Shown here one piece after another: positions 38,522 to 49,012 of a DNA stretch of 64,000 bases (positions are counted from its first letter, which is position 1; each line of letters opens with the position of its first letter). The stretch is from a virus (Duplodnaviria; Caudoviricetes). Location: positions 3,802-67,801 of the IMG/VR virus record IMGVR_UViG_2890625426_000001; one strand, written 5' to 3'. The notes below the pieces were generated by a model, which saw only the letters and a program-made list of their open reading frames with translations, had not been told where the DNA came from and did no database searches. Position numbers and translations under genes: made by a program.

Positions 38522-41500
38522 CTATAGGCCCATGTCTCCGCGCTTCTCGGGCAGTCCGATCGACTCTGGCTTCTGTGCCAGCACCAGGCGACCCAGGTCA
38601 CTCACGAGCCACACCGTGCAGCCGTTGCGCTTGGCGTCGGCCTTGACGATCAAGCTCCGCTGCTCCAGCTCCTTGCGGCGAGGCCGCTGACTGGACCCCT
38701 TCATCCGTAGCGCCTGCTCCAGCTCCAGGTCGGTAGCACCCGAGCGGGAGCGCTTGGCGATCAGCTCCAGCATGGCGAGGCGCTGGACTCCACTGCGTGG
38801 GGCGTTGCGCTCGCCGGCCTTCTGGCTGATCTCCTCCTTGCCCTCGATGAGTGCCGGTCCGAAGAGGTCGACCTGCTCGTAGCTTGGTGATGAACTCATG
38901 TGTTCTCCCATAGTCCGTACTTCGATGTGCTTGCTTCGATCTGTGCCACGGTCACGCGCGCCGGCACACCGGTACCGCGTGACGAGTCCTTGGCGATGCG
39001 GGCTGCGACGAGGATGTCCTCGAGTGCCTTGGCCTTCAGTGCGTTGGTCTGCTCTTCGCTGAGGGGCTGCACCACGCCCAGGGGCCGCGTCGTCATGGCC
39101 GCCAGTCCCTGATGAGTGCCTGCAGCTCCTCACCGCGGATCGGCTTGGCGAACTCGACGAAGTCGAACGGGTGCAACGTCAGGGCGCTTGCGTCAGCCAT
39201 GTCCGCACAGCGGTCCAGTGCCACGTCCAGCGTGTAGAAGCCGTGGATGGTCAGCTCGTCGAACTGGTTGAGGTAGGAGATCGCGTAGACGAACGGATCG
39301 CTCACAGCGCCGGTCCTTCCTCACGAGCATGCGCCTTTTCTGTGTTGATCGCCCCGTTGACGAGGCTGAGGCGAGCTTCGAACATGGAGCCTACGACCTC
39401 TGCCTCCCAGGCCATCAGCACGTTCCGAGGGTCCAACTCACGCCACCGGCGCATAGCCTCGGCCAACTGGGGCATCGCCGTCGATGCCAAGAGCGTCAAC
39501 ACCCGGGTGGCATCTCGTCCCTGAGGACGCTGCCACGGACGACAGGCCTTCTCCACCGCTGCGACGATCGTCAGGTCGTCGTCGACGCTGTCGATGATCT
39601 CGGCCTCAGTGCGCTTGAGTAATGAGGCGACGCTGGATGAGCTCATGACGCGTCGCGAGCCATGGCCTGGTTGGCGTCAAGGATGGCCAGGAACAACTGG
39701 TCGATCGGAAGGTGGTCGGACAGGATATCGATGACCGCGGAGACACCCAGCATCAGGCCGTTGTCGAAACTCATCAGCTCGCCCTGGGACAGGGGAGTGG
39801 TGCCCTTGGCTGCGAGGGCCGTCGTGAACTCGGATCGCTGACGTGCGTGGACGTGGCCTACGAAGCTCTCCAGGGCCTCCCTTGGAGCGCTCATGCTCAC
39901 CACCGCCTCTGGGTGACGCTGCCGCCAGCTTCGACGCATCCCTTGACCTTGCCGCAGTTCACAGACCCGCCAGCTGTCACGTTGCCGTCGACATTGAAGC
40001 AGCTCACCGACCCGACAGCATCGATTGAGCCACCTACGTCGGCGGCACTGACCGAGCCGTCGGCAGTGATACTGCCCGTGACGCCACGGGCCTCTACTGA
40101 CGCGGTGGAGTCCAGGTGGTCCAGGTTGCCCTCGATGATCACCCTGACGATGACGCCATCGGTCCTGTCGATGACCTTGCCGTCGATGGTGATGGTCGAC
40201 CCGTTGATCGAGACGCTGCTGCCCGCGTAGGTCTTGCCGTTGATCCGGACAGTCATGGCCATTCACCCCCGTCCTGAGGGACGATGACGTTGGGGGTCAA
40301 CGGCCCGGTCGTCAGGTTCCGCAGATCTACCGATGCCCAGGTAGTAGAGCCATCAGGGTGCAAGACCAGCTCGATGGTGCCGATGTCGTAAGAGCCGCGG
40401 AGTGTCGCATCGATCGTGAAGACGAGTGACTGGCCCTCCAGGCGCCGGGCGATCATGACTCCACCGCCTTGCTGACAGCGAAGGCACGGAACCAGGTGTT
40501 GGGGTTGCCCATGCTCTTCTGGTCTTCCTGCCAGGTGCGCCACTGCCGGCGCAGCTCGGCGCGCCCTGTCGGCGGCTCGGGGTACTTCACAGCCAGCTGC
40601 TCGATGCGCTGAGCACGGGCCTGCAGGTCTGCAGCACGCTTGAGCGCAGCGTGGGTGGTGCGCTGCATCGGGATGGTGTTGCCTTCGCTGAACATGTCAG
40701 TTCTCCTTGTCGTAGTGGAGGTCAACCAGAGCACGGGCAAGCGCGCTGGTAACGACTTCCTTGAATGAGTACGAGTCCTCCATGGCTTTGGCGAGCACGT
40801 CGGTCACAGAGTCATGGATCGCTGCCTGAAACGCCGTGTCCTCACGCACAAGGTCGCGAACGATGTCTTGCGCGGAGAGGTTGACCGCTCGCTCGTAGGC
40901 CTCGGTCAGAGGCGCCTTCGGCTTCGTGCCGTAGGCATACCTGTCAGACGGAGGGGGCGTCAGCAAGAACTCGATCGCCTGCTTGATCACAGTGTCGCGG
41001 CCGTCCTTGTCCAGCTGTGCCAGCACGCCCTCAGCTACGAGGGCCTTGATCTGGTCGTTGTCGATCTTCAGTTCCATGTCAGTTCTCCTTGAGTCGGTAC
41101 AGGTCGCCCTCGTAGGCGACGTGGTGTTCGGACGGGATGTCGTGGTCAGGGCGCCGGATGCGGTCGTGGGTGTGGACGCGCTCCATCCATGGCGGTACCT
41201 CACCGACCTTGACGATGGCGTAGCCCTCGGCTGCCACTGCATCGAGCACGTCCTTTGTGATCTCTGCAGTTTCCCTCTTCCAAGAGTGGGGCTCGTGTCG
41301 CATAGCGTCGATGTATGCCCACTCGGCAGTCCATCGCTCTCGGAAGCGCTCCATTGCCTTGAGTTCAGCGCTCACTCGCTCACCTGCGACAGTGGTACGC
41401 CTGCGGGCATCAGGTCGCTACCGGAGTTGGCCGGGAAGGCCAGCCACAGCTCGGTACTGATGCGGTAGTCGTCTTCGTGGTGGCAGCTGGGGCACTCGTA

Positions 41501-42938
41501 GTGAATGATGTCCACGTCACTGCTTTGGGTATCGAATTCTCCAGAGCCAACCCATGAGCGCTTGCAACCGGTACAGGTCCACTGCACAGCGTTGACGGTC
41601 ACTCGATGCCGTCTTGGTAGGCCCCTCACTCGCTCACCTCCGATGGGTGGGCACACGTGCTCGAGCGCCAGATCCAGTGCATGCCCTGCTGCCGGCACTC
41701 CGAGGCGCTCTGCACTTGGTAGGCCACGTAGGACACCAGGACGAAGCCGAGCATCCCGTAGAGGGCAATGACCATGGCGTTGATGAGGCGCTGACTCACG
41801 AGTCGCCCTCCAACAGCTCGCGCAGGGCCTGGCCTTCGATGCGCTGGCCACTGAACCGTCGGCTGATCAGGTCGTACGGGTGCAAGGCACGGATGCCCAG
41901 GCCTCCGTACATATCCTTGGCGTCCTCCAGCGTCGTTGGGGGCTCCGGGTGCACGTAGTCCTCGTGGTCCACCTCCACCGCGTACAGGGTCCGGGCCCTG
42001 CGCTCCTTGAGGAGGAGCTGGCCGATCTCCGTCATGCGTACGTGGTCGGGGACGGTGACGCCCTTGTTCACACCGGCCTGGATGGCTATCGCTTCCAGCT
42101 CGTCCCGTAGCTGTTCGATCTTGTCGGTCATGACTCGCTCCCCGGGAGGTTGTCGGACCGGGCCACCTGGTGCTGCTCGCCATCGCGGGCCGTGAGCTGC
42201 TCATGGCCGCGGATCCAGGCGTTGCGGTTGGACTCCAGTCGGAACTTCATGTTGGTGTCGCAGTCCTGGCACTGGGCGTAGAACTCGGCCGGCGTCATGG
42301 CTTGTCCACCGGATCAGGTCGGTCGGCCACGGGTTTGGGCAAGTAGTCGTAGGTAACGGAGAAGCCAGGAGGTGAAGAGACGTAGAAGCCCTCGTCGCGA
42401 GCACAGGGCGTCTGCTCGTGACGTTGAGAGTTTCTGACCAGACTGCCGGTACCCAGTACGCCAGCGATCGCTCCCTGTACGACTCCAGCCACTACGAAGA
42501 ACCAGCCGACGATGTCGAACTCGTCCGTGTCGTCTCTGACGAGCGTGGTGAACCCGAGATGCACAAGAACTATGGCGATGATCATCAGCCAGAGACCAGC
42601 CAAGAAGCGCGGCAAGTCCCTCATGCCTCGTCACCCACCACGTCATCGTCGTACGCGATGCGCAGGACCTGCTCGGCGATCTCGTGGATGTCCGTACCCG
42701 TGTGCTCCATGGTGTCCAGGTAGTCAGCCACCTGATCCAGGATGATGGAACGTTCCTCGGTCTCTAGGTGGTCGTTGACCCACTCGCGCGCCTCGTGGGA
42801 CACGTCAAGCACGATGAACAGCAGCGCTGTGCCAAAGAACACCCACGGAGGGGCGTCAGCCACGAAGAGGACTATGAGCGAGCCGACGACCACGAGGTCG
42901 ACAGCGATCTGTGTGGACGGTCGTATAAGGAATCTCAT
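38522..42938 (-). other. Run of about 15 small coupled phage genes, including a winged-helix-like protein (38522-38899) and a Gly/Val/Ser beta-repeat protein (39897-40262)
   Basis: Consecutive ATGA/GTGA overlaps; GATDLELEQAL...RPRRKEL; VxGSVxAxGSV repeats. Confidence 0.65.
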
Positions 42939-43141
42939 GGCCGCGCCTCGCCGGTCATCTTCACGCGAAGTGCTTCGACCTCGGCGCGACTGAAGCGGCG
43001 GTGACCGCCGAGAGTCTTCTTGGCCGACAACAGGCCCGAGCGGGACCAGCGGGAGACGGTCTTGGGGCTGACGTGAAAGAGCTCGGCGACTTCGCCGGGC
43101 ATCATTAGTTCGTCTTGAGTTATTGGTGACGTTTCGTCCAT
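42935..43141 (-). CDS. bldC: BldC-like MerR-family DNA-binding protein
   Basis: LMMPGEVAELFHVSPKTVSRWSRSGLLSAKKTLGGHRRF closely matches the BldC pattern TPxEVAxxFRVDPKTVTRWAxxGKLxxxRTLGGHRRY; 68 aa. Confidence 0.85.
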   Translation of the reverse strand: MDETSPITQDELMMPGEVAELFHVSPKTVSRWSRSGLLSAKKTLGGHRRFSRAEVEALRVKMTGEARP

Positions 43142-43282
43142 GTCTCGGACGTTAGTCGCGAATCATGGCCTTTGTGTCAATCAAGGCAAAAGATAGACCG
43201 AATGACCTAAGCGCTCACGTTGGCGTGTCCTGCCGTCTTCGAGTGTTCCCCATGGCATCCTCGACTCGTGCGACAGCAGAAG

Positions 43283-44233
43283 ATGACGACGTACTGGCAC
43301 TACACAGATGCCGGCGCGCTCGCGTCGATCCTCCAAACGAATGCCCTATGGGCTACCGCCGCGCAGTACCTCAACGATAGGGAAGAGGTTACGCATGGCC
43401 TCAACTTGTTGAAGTCGATCTGGCGCGAGGACCGGGACTCGGTTCTCCGCAGCGGCCGGATGCATCGCGAAGAGGCGGAGGATCGTTACAGTATCTCAAT
43501 AGGGCCCCTTACTGACGAGGTCGGGTACGTCGATAACATGCTTGGCGCCCTTGAGGCCAACCTCAAGGACCTGCCGTTATTCATCCTGTGTGCGTCGACC
43601 GCAGGTGACAGCTTGAGTCAGTGGCGAGCGTATGGTGCCGGGCAAGGCTATGCCGTTGCTATGGAATCAGCTGCTGGCGCTGTTCCGCTCGGCGTATTGG
43701 TGCCAGAGGCGCAATATGAACCGGCGGCTTCATCAATCTACCCAGCATGGCAGTCAGTCACCTATAACGACAGCGAGAAGCGAATGAAGATGCATTCGAC
43801 GTTAGTGAGAGCCCTCACGTGGGGCAGGGACGCGCATCTTGAAGAAGGGTCGGAGCTGCGGTCACTACTGACCTATCAAGACATTGCTACGTTGAAGCAC
43901 TCTGGCTTCGAGGACGAGCGCGAGGTTCGATTCATGGCCGCGCACCCTTCCCTTGACCAAGTATTCTCCGTGCGCGCCGGCCGGTACGGCCTGACGCCCT
44001 ACGTTCGCATTGGCGCTTGGCCGAGCGAGATGTTGGAAGAGAGATTCATCATGGAGCCCAGCCCATCCTTCCTTGCAACCACACCTGACGTGGGCGCGCC
44101 CTTGCCCATTACGGAAGTTCGGGTTGGTCCAAGCCCCCACATGGAGACAGCTGAACGAGGTTTACGGAGAGCTCTTGACCGATTTGGATACGGTCATGTC
44201 CGAACTTCGCTGAGTGCCATTCCTTATCGCTAA
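43283..44233 (+). CDS. DUF2971-family protein (putative defence moron)
   Basis: HYT...LWAT...LNDREE, DSLSQWRAYG, KHSGFEDEREVR, EVRVGP, SAIPYR; lower GC; counter-oriented. Confidence 0.85.
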   Translation: MTTYWHYTDAGALASILQTNALWATAAQYLNDREEVTHGLNLLKSIWREDRDSVLRSGRMHREEAEDRYSISIGPLTDEVGYVDNMLGALEANLKDLPLFILCASTAGDSLSQWRAYGAGQGYAVAMESAAGAVPLGVLVPEAQYEPAASSIYPAWQSVTYNDSEKRMKMHSTLVRALTWGRDAHLEEGSELRSLLTYQDIATLKHSGFEDEREVRFMAAHPSLDQVFSVRAGRYGLTPYVRIGAWPSEMLEERFIMEPSPSFLATTPDVGAPLPITEVRVGPSPHMETAERGLRRALDRFGYGHVRTSLSAIPYR

Positions 44234-44244
44234 CCTTGGATGAC

Positions 44245-44640
44245 CTACCTAGATTTCTTGGACCCCAGCCACCCCCTGCGGAAGAAATGAATGATAGGGG
44301 CCGCCAGCTGGTAGATAATTCCGGTGACGAAGGCGAGGACGATCAGCAGGTCGGCTCCGACCACGACGCTCGGCTCCACGACGTACCAGGGCGTGTCGAA
44401 GGGGTAGTAGTCCGGCGGCTGGACGGCCTTCACCTCATCGAGGGTGGTCCCGAGGAAGGCGAGGGAGATGAGCAGCATGACAAGGGCCAGGTTGCCGAAC
44501 GCCAGCAGCAGGCCCAGCACCGAGCTGACTATCGACAGGACAGCGAGGACCACAGTCAGCAGGACGACCGCCGTGATGCCTTTCACCGTCGCCAGCGCGC
44601 TCCGGCCCTCGCTCATGATCGGAGCGTAGGGGGACAGCAC
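44245..44640 (-). CDS. Membrane protein
   Basis: Three hydrophobic segments. Confidence 0.65.
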   Translation of the reverse strand: MLSPYAPIMSEGRSALATVKGITAVVLLTVVLAVLSIVSSVLGLLLAFGNLALVMLLISLAFLGTTLDEVKAVQPPDYYPFDTPWYVVEPSVVVGADLLIVLAFVTGIIYQLAAPIIHFFRRGWLGSKKSR

Positions 44641-45017
44641 AGGGCTCCGGAAGGCTTGAGATCAGTAGCCCATCCTGCGAGGCGGGTCGGCCCTGACGTA
44701 GGACAGCACGTCGCCCCGGTGGTCCAGCAGGGTGCCGATCACCGGGTTGGGGTCGTCGTCCCAGACGGTCGGCACGGCGGGGTAGTCCGGGTAGTACCAG
44801 TCGTCAGGGACGTACCGGGCCATCAGGCCTCGGTGATCTCTGCCTCAACGTCGGCGTACTCGCGGGCACAGACGGTCTCGGCCTCCTCGCGGTCGCGGAA
44901 CTCGTGTGCCCCTGCCCGGCCAGGGGTGGAGGACCAGTGGCCGGCGCGGCCGTAGGACAGCCATGAGGCGTAGCGGTCACCGATCTTGGCGATGTAGGGC
45001 ATGGACGGTCTCCTTGG

Positions 45018-45560
45018 TCAGGTGGCTGCTTCGAGCTGGAGCAGCGCAGTACGTACGAGCTGAGGGGCGAGGGAGCGCTGAGCCTTGGTCAGCTGCAGGC
45101 CGTCGAGGATGGTCTTGATGACCTGCGCCACGAGCTCGCCCTGGCGCTCAACGACGCGGACCTGGCGCTCGGCGACCCCGGCGTCCAGCGCCATCTTGGA
45201 GAAGCGGGCTGCCCGCTCGGTCCACTCGCCGTAGAGCTGCTGGTAGGCGATGAAGAGCTTGGTGTTGCCCTCGTCGGGGTCGATGTCCGCGATCTGCTCC
45301 TGCAGCCACGGGACGGCTCCCCAGGCGACCCGGATGGTCTTCATCAGCACCTCGAGCGGATCCCCGTCGGCCTCGGTGGCCATCGCCATGACCTGGCGAC
45401 GGGCTGCAGCCTTCACGTGGGTGGGGGAGTTTCCCCCATGGGTGCGACAGCGACCCTGGCCCTTGTGCTCGGTCCCCTTGCCGGCACCGTTGCGGCACTG
45501 GCTCCCGTCTTTCTTGACGAAGTCACACCGGGTGGGATCGAGGACAACGGGCTTGGTCAT
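45018..45560 (-). CDS. terS: Terminase small subunit-like protein (HGG zinc motif)
   Basis: C...KKDGSQC...RCRTHGGNSP followed by LYGEW...KMALDAGVAERQVRVVE, typical of actinophage TerS. Confidence 0.75.
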   Translation of the reverse strand: MTKPVVLDPTRCDFVKKDGSQCRNGAGKGTEHKGQGRCRTHGGNSPTHVKAAARRQVMAMATEADGDPLEVLMKTIRVAWGAVPWLQEQIADIDPDEGNTKLFIAYQQLYGEWTERAARFSKMALDAGVAERQVRVVERQGELVAQVIKTILDGLQLTKAQRSLAPQLVRTALLQLEAAT

Positions 45561-45572
45561 GACAGTGATGAA

Positions 45573-46052
45573 TCATAACGAGGTGTCATCTTCTGCATCA
45601 TGATGTCGTGCGTACGCGACGAGGTCGGAGCGCTGCTGCTTGATGAGCGCCACCTGGTCACGGATGATGCGGCTGGTCTCGCACTTTTCGTGGTCATTGC
45701 GGAAGCGCTCCAGGTTGTCGATCTTCCGCTGCACCTGGGTGGTGTCCTTGCGCAGCTGAGTCAGCTCGGCACGCTGGGTACGGATGATGTCCACGAAGAA
45801 GAGCCAGTCGTTAGCCTTGGCGACGTTGCAGCGGTTGCACGCGAGGACGTAGTTGTCGCTGCCGTCCTCCCCGCCCAGTGAGCGGGGGTTGACGTGATCG
45901 AGGGTGGCGTACCGCTCGTCCTTGCGGGGGACGTGCAGGAGCAGCTCGCGCTCGCAGTAGAAGCAAGTCCAGCCGTCGCGCTCGGCCACCTTGCGGACGG
46001 TGTCGGCGCGCAGCTCTACCTGCAGCTGCCCGATGGTCTTACGGCCGGCCAT
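45573..46052 (-). CDS. HNH endonuclease with coiled-coil tail
   Basis: RDGWTCFYC...TLDHVNPRSLGG...NYVLACNRCNVAK. Confidence 0.88.
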   Translation of the reverse strand: MAGRKTIGQLQVELRADTVRKVAERDGWTCFYCERELLLHVPRKDERYATLDHVNPRSLGGEDGSDNYVLACNRCNVAKANDWLFFVDIIRTQRAELTQLRKDTTQVQRKIDNLERFRNDHEKCETSRIIRDQVALIKQQRSDLVAYARHHDAEDDTSL

Positions 46053-46184
46053 CGCGTCGACGGAGGGTGTCGAAGTACAGGGACTGCTCGATCTCCCGGG
46101 TCAGGGCCTCACGGGCCACCTGGTCCCGGTCTTCCTCGGTGACGGTGCCGCAGGGCTGACAGCGGGGGATCTTGGTCCAGCGGC

Positions 46185-46832
46185 TCACTGGTCACCAGAG
46201 AAGTCAGCAGCCTTGACCTTCATCATGATGCGTCGCCCGGCGCGGTCCAGCAGCCCCGACGGTGGCGTGCCGACGAGGCCCTCAGCTTCGAAGTCACCCC
46301 ACTTGGAACGAAGGCCGTTATTGACCGTGTCGATGGCGTCCTGCACAGTGCCACGCATGACAACAGGGGTCGTGGGCACCCCCATCTTGGTAGCGATGTC
46401 CTCCACGTTGTCGCGCAACAGCCAGTAGTCACCCACCTGCACGTCGAACAGGGCGAAGGTCTTGGTGGGCGAGTAGGCGCCACCGCCCTTCTGGATGCCG
46501 GCGCCGAAGCCTTCACCGTGGAGGAGCGCTGTGCTGTCACCGAAGGTCTGCTCGAACAGTTCCTCGGTCAGTGTCGTGGTGAGGTGAGCGACCAGGTCGG
46601 CATGGAGCTGAGCTCGGGCGGTCCGGCCGCCAATGGTGACCTTGTGGCCGTCCCACAGGACGCGGATGTTCGTACCGTCGATCTTCTCGGTCCACAGCCA
46701 GGGGATACCAGCAAGGTCGGCGAACTCGGGTCGGCTCCACTCGCCGTGGATCACCTGGTTGCGGTTTGGGCCATCGGCGTGGCGTTTGAACGGACCATAG
46801 ATCTTCGGGTACTCGGGGAATGAGGTTTCCAT
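46185..46832 (-). CDS. RNA ligase (Rnl2-like adenylation domain)
   Basis: Nucleotidyltransferase motifs TEKIDGTN, HGEGFG, ALFDV, EGLVG and KVK. Confidence 0.88.
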   Translation of the reverse strand: METSFPEYPKIYGPFKRHADGPNRNQVIHGEWSRPEFADLAGIPWLWTEKIDGTNIRVLWDGHKVTIGGRTARAQLHADLVAHLTTTLTEELFEQTFGDSTALLHGEGFGAGIQKGGGAYSPTKTFALFDVQVGDYWLLRDNVEDIATKMGVPTTPVVMRGTVQDAIDTVNNGLRSKWGDFEAEGLVGTPPSGLLDRAGRRIMMKVKAADFSGDQ

Positions 46833-46839
46833 TCCCTTT

Positions 46840-46880
46840 GGTCTAGTCGCTGAGATCGACCGATGCCTTAGGTCATTCGG
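46840..46880 (-). promoter_or_regulatory. Bipartite promoter copy (RNA ligase)
   Basis: CCGAATGACCTA-23 nt-TAGACC-7 nt-ATG. Confidence 0.75.
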
Positions 46881-46910
46881 ACCAATTGATCGAGCGCTCC
46901 TTTAGATGGG

Positions 46911-47165
46911 TCAGTCTCCGAGCGACATGATGAACCACATCACGCAGGGAATGACGACGACGACCACGAGAAAAGCTAGGAAGAGGCGGAAGATGAATTC
47001 CGTGATCCAGGAGAAGAAGCGCTTGATGACGTTGGGTTTGCGGTAGTAACCGACGCCGCTGCGGGCTCTAGCAAGGCTGGCGTCCAGTCCCGCCTGGGCA
47101 TTCAGGCTTGTCTGGTAGCCTGCGCCGGCCCTTGCCTGCCCTTGCGGGGTGTGGTAGTCGGACAT
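46911..47165 (-). CDS. Small membrane protein
   Basis: GGAGG RBS; C-terminal TM helix. Confidence 0.65.
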   Translation of the reverse strand: MSDYHTPQGQARAGAGYQTSLNAQAGLDASLARARSGVGYYRKPNVIKRFFSWITEFIFRLFLAFLVVVVVIPCVMWFIMSLGD

Positions 47166-47311
47166 CTTTGGCCTCCACCTCCCGGCGACCCCTCATCGCC
47201 TCTGGAGTGAGGCTAGGCCATCCCAGACTCCGGCAGTAGCCCTTTGAGCTTCTGCTCGATGTGACCCAGCAACCACTGAGCCCTTGTGCGTAGACGTTGT
47301 GGACCGATCAA

Positions 47312-48682
47312 CTACTTCCCGACGGGCAATGCCAGAGGCTCCGGCGCCGCCTCGATGGCCTGCGTGACCTCCACGGTCTGGCGAGTGCCCCACCCGGTCT
47401 TCCAGCACGTGGCGATGGCGTAGATGCGCAGGGGCCGGAGCACCAGCGTCGACCAGGCCAGCGCGAGCGGGGTCATGGCGAAGGTGGCGAGTTGCCAGCG
47501 GAACGACACGTCGCTGCGGCGGATCGTCAGGTACTTCAGGGCAGTCAGGTAGCCCACCAGGCTGGAGAACACCAGAAGCATCGGCGCGAGCTCGTGGTTG
47601 ACGGCCGGCTGGTAGGCCAGCAGGTACACCAGCACGGTGCCGACAACGAAGTAGCTCACCCAGGACATGAAGTGCTCCCAGTACCCGAAGCTCACGATGG
47701 GCAGGTACTTGAAGCGCCAGATCGAGCGGATGGTCGACCCTCGCAGCCAGCGCAGCTGTTGACGGAGGTGGTGGCTCACCCGGGCCGGGAGCACCGTGAA
47801 CGCCAAGCTGGTGGGCTGCTGAACGGTACGACCCTTGAGGTAGGCGAAGAGCGTCAGCAGGCTGTCGTCGCTGAACTGCACACCGCGGCCCATGAAGGTC
47901 TCGTTCTCGTACGCCGGGATGGCCTCACGCACCACGTCGGCCCGGTAGACCGCGAAGCTGCCCGAGTTGACCAGGACCGAGCGCAGGCTGGAGAGCGCGC
48001 TGCGGACCGAGAGCTGGAAGACCAGGAACCACAGGTCGCTCAGGCGCGAGACGATGTTCTCCCGGGCGTTGCGGGCCACGCAGACCGCGGCCACCGAGGA
48101 CACTCGCTCGTCGGCGAAGGGCAGCATCGCCTCCTCGAGTGCGGTGGGGGAGAGCACCACGTCGGAGTCCATCGTGGCGAAGTAGTCGGCCTGGGTGTCG
48201 TTGGCGAAGGTCACGAGCTGGGCGCTGCGCTTGCCGCCGTTGGCCGCCTTGCGGACCCAGGAGCCCCTGATGCCCGCCTCGGTGGCCACGCCACGCCACC
48301 AGACCTTGACCTCCTCGTAGGACGCGGCGTCGGAGCAGTCGTCGACGACCTGGACGTAGTCCGGCCGGCGGGTCTGTGCTGCCAGGGAGGCAAGGACCTC
48401 ACGGACGATGGCCGGGTCCTCGTTGTACAGCGGGATGTTGAGGGTGACCCACTTGGCGTCGAGGACTGCCCGCTGGGCGTCGGTGGCCTTGTAGACCGGC
48501 TCCAGCCAGGCTAGGGACAGGTGCCAGATCAGCGAGCCGAACATGACGGCGAAGACGATCGACAGACCGTGGGGTGCGGTGCCGTAGCCCGCGAGGACGG
48601 CGAGGTGGTGGGTCGTCCACGCCAGGGCCACCAGCAGGAAAACACCCGCGAGCGGAAGGACGCGGCTGCGGGCGTAGGAGAC
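47312..48682 (-). CDS. Processive GT2 glycan synthase (hyaluronan synthase/NodC-like)
   Basis: IPLYNED, VDDCS, NGGKRSAQ, MDSD, SGSFAVYR, FSDD, QQLRW, WGTR; two N-terminal and several C-terminal TM helices; start uncertain (48682 or 48631). Confidence 0.9.
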   Translation of the reverse strand, partial: VSYARSRVLPLAGVFLLVALAWTTHHLAVLAGYGTAPHGLSIVFAVMFGSLIWHLSLAWLEPVYKATDAQRAVLDAKWVTLNIPLYNEDPAIVREVLASLAAQTRRPDYVQVVDDCSDAASYEEVKVWWRGVATEAGIRGSWVRKAANGGKRSAQLVTFANDTQADYFATMDSDVVLSPTALEEAMLPFADERVSSVAAVCVARNARENIVSRLSDLWFLVFQLSVRSALSSLRSVLVNSGSFAVYRADVVREAIPAYENETFMGRGVQFSDDSLLTLFAYLKGRTVQQPTSLAFTVLPARVSHHLRQQLRWLRGSTIRSIWRFKYLPIVSFGYWEHFMSWVSYFVVGTVLVYLLAYQPAVNHELAPMLLVFSSLVGYLTALKYLTIRRSDVSFRWQLATFAMTPLALAWSTLVLRPLRIYAIATCWKTGWGTRQTVEVTQAIEAAPEPLALPVGK

Positions 48683-48705
48683 GGAGGGGACTCCGTCGGG
48701 TAGAG

Positions 48706-48864
48706 CTAGGCCTGGGTCGCGCTCTTGCCGGACCGGAAGAAGGCCCGGATCGCCAAGGCCCCCGCTGCTACTGCCACCCCGCCCGCCAGAAGGAGCGCCC
48801 ATCCCGGAAGAATGGTCCCCCCGATGATGATGCCTGCGAAGGGGAGAGTTTTGCCGTAGTCCAT
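48706..48864 (-). CDS. Small membrane peptide (52 aa) preceding the GT2
   Basis: MDYGKTLPFAG, hydrophobic helix, basic tail RAFFRSGK. Confidence 0.75.
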   Translation of the reverse strand: MDYGKTLPFAGIIIGGTILPGWALLLAGGVAVAAGALAIRAFFRSGKSATQA

Positions 48865-49012
48865 GAATGAAGAGTAATGCAGCAAAGACCGCACAAACAA
48901 GGAAGGTGGCTGCAAGGTGACGAGCGTGGGTAATGGGTAATGAGGTGTCTGTAGGCATTGGCTCGATTTTGGCAGACCATTCGCGCTTGTTGCATGTCCC
49001 CGCCCCTACTCT

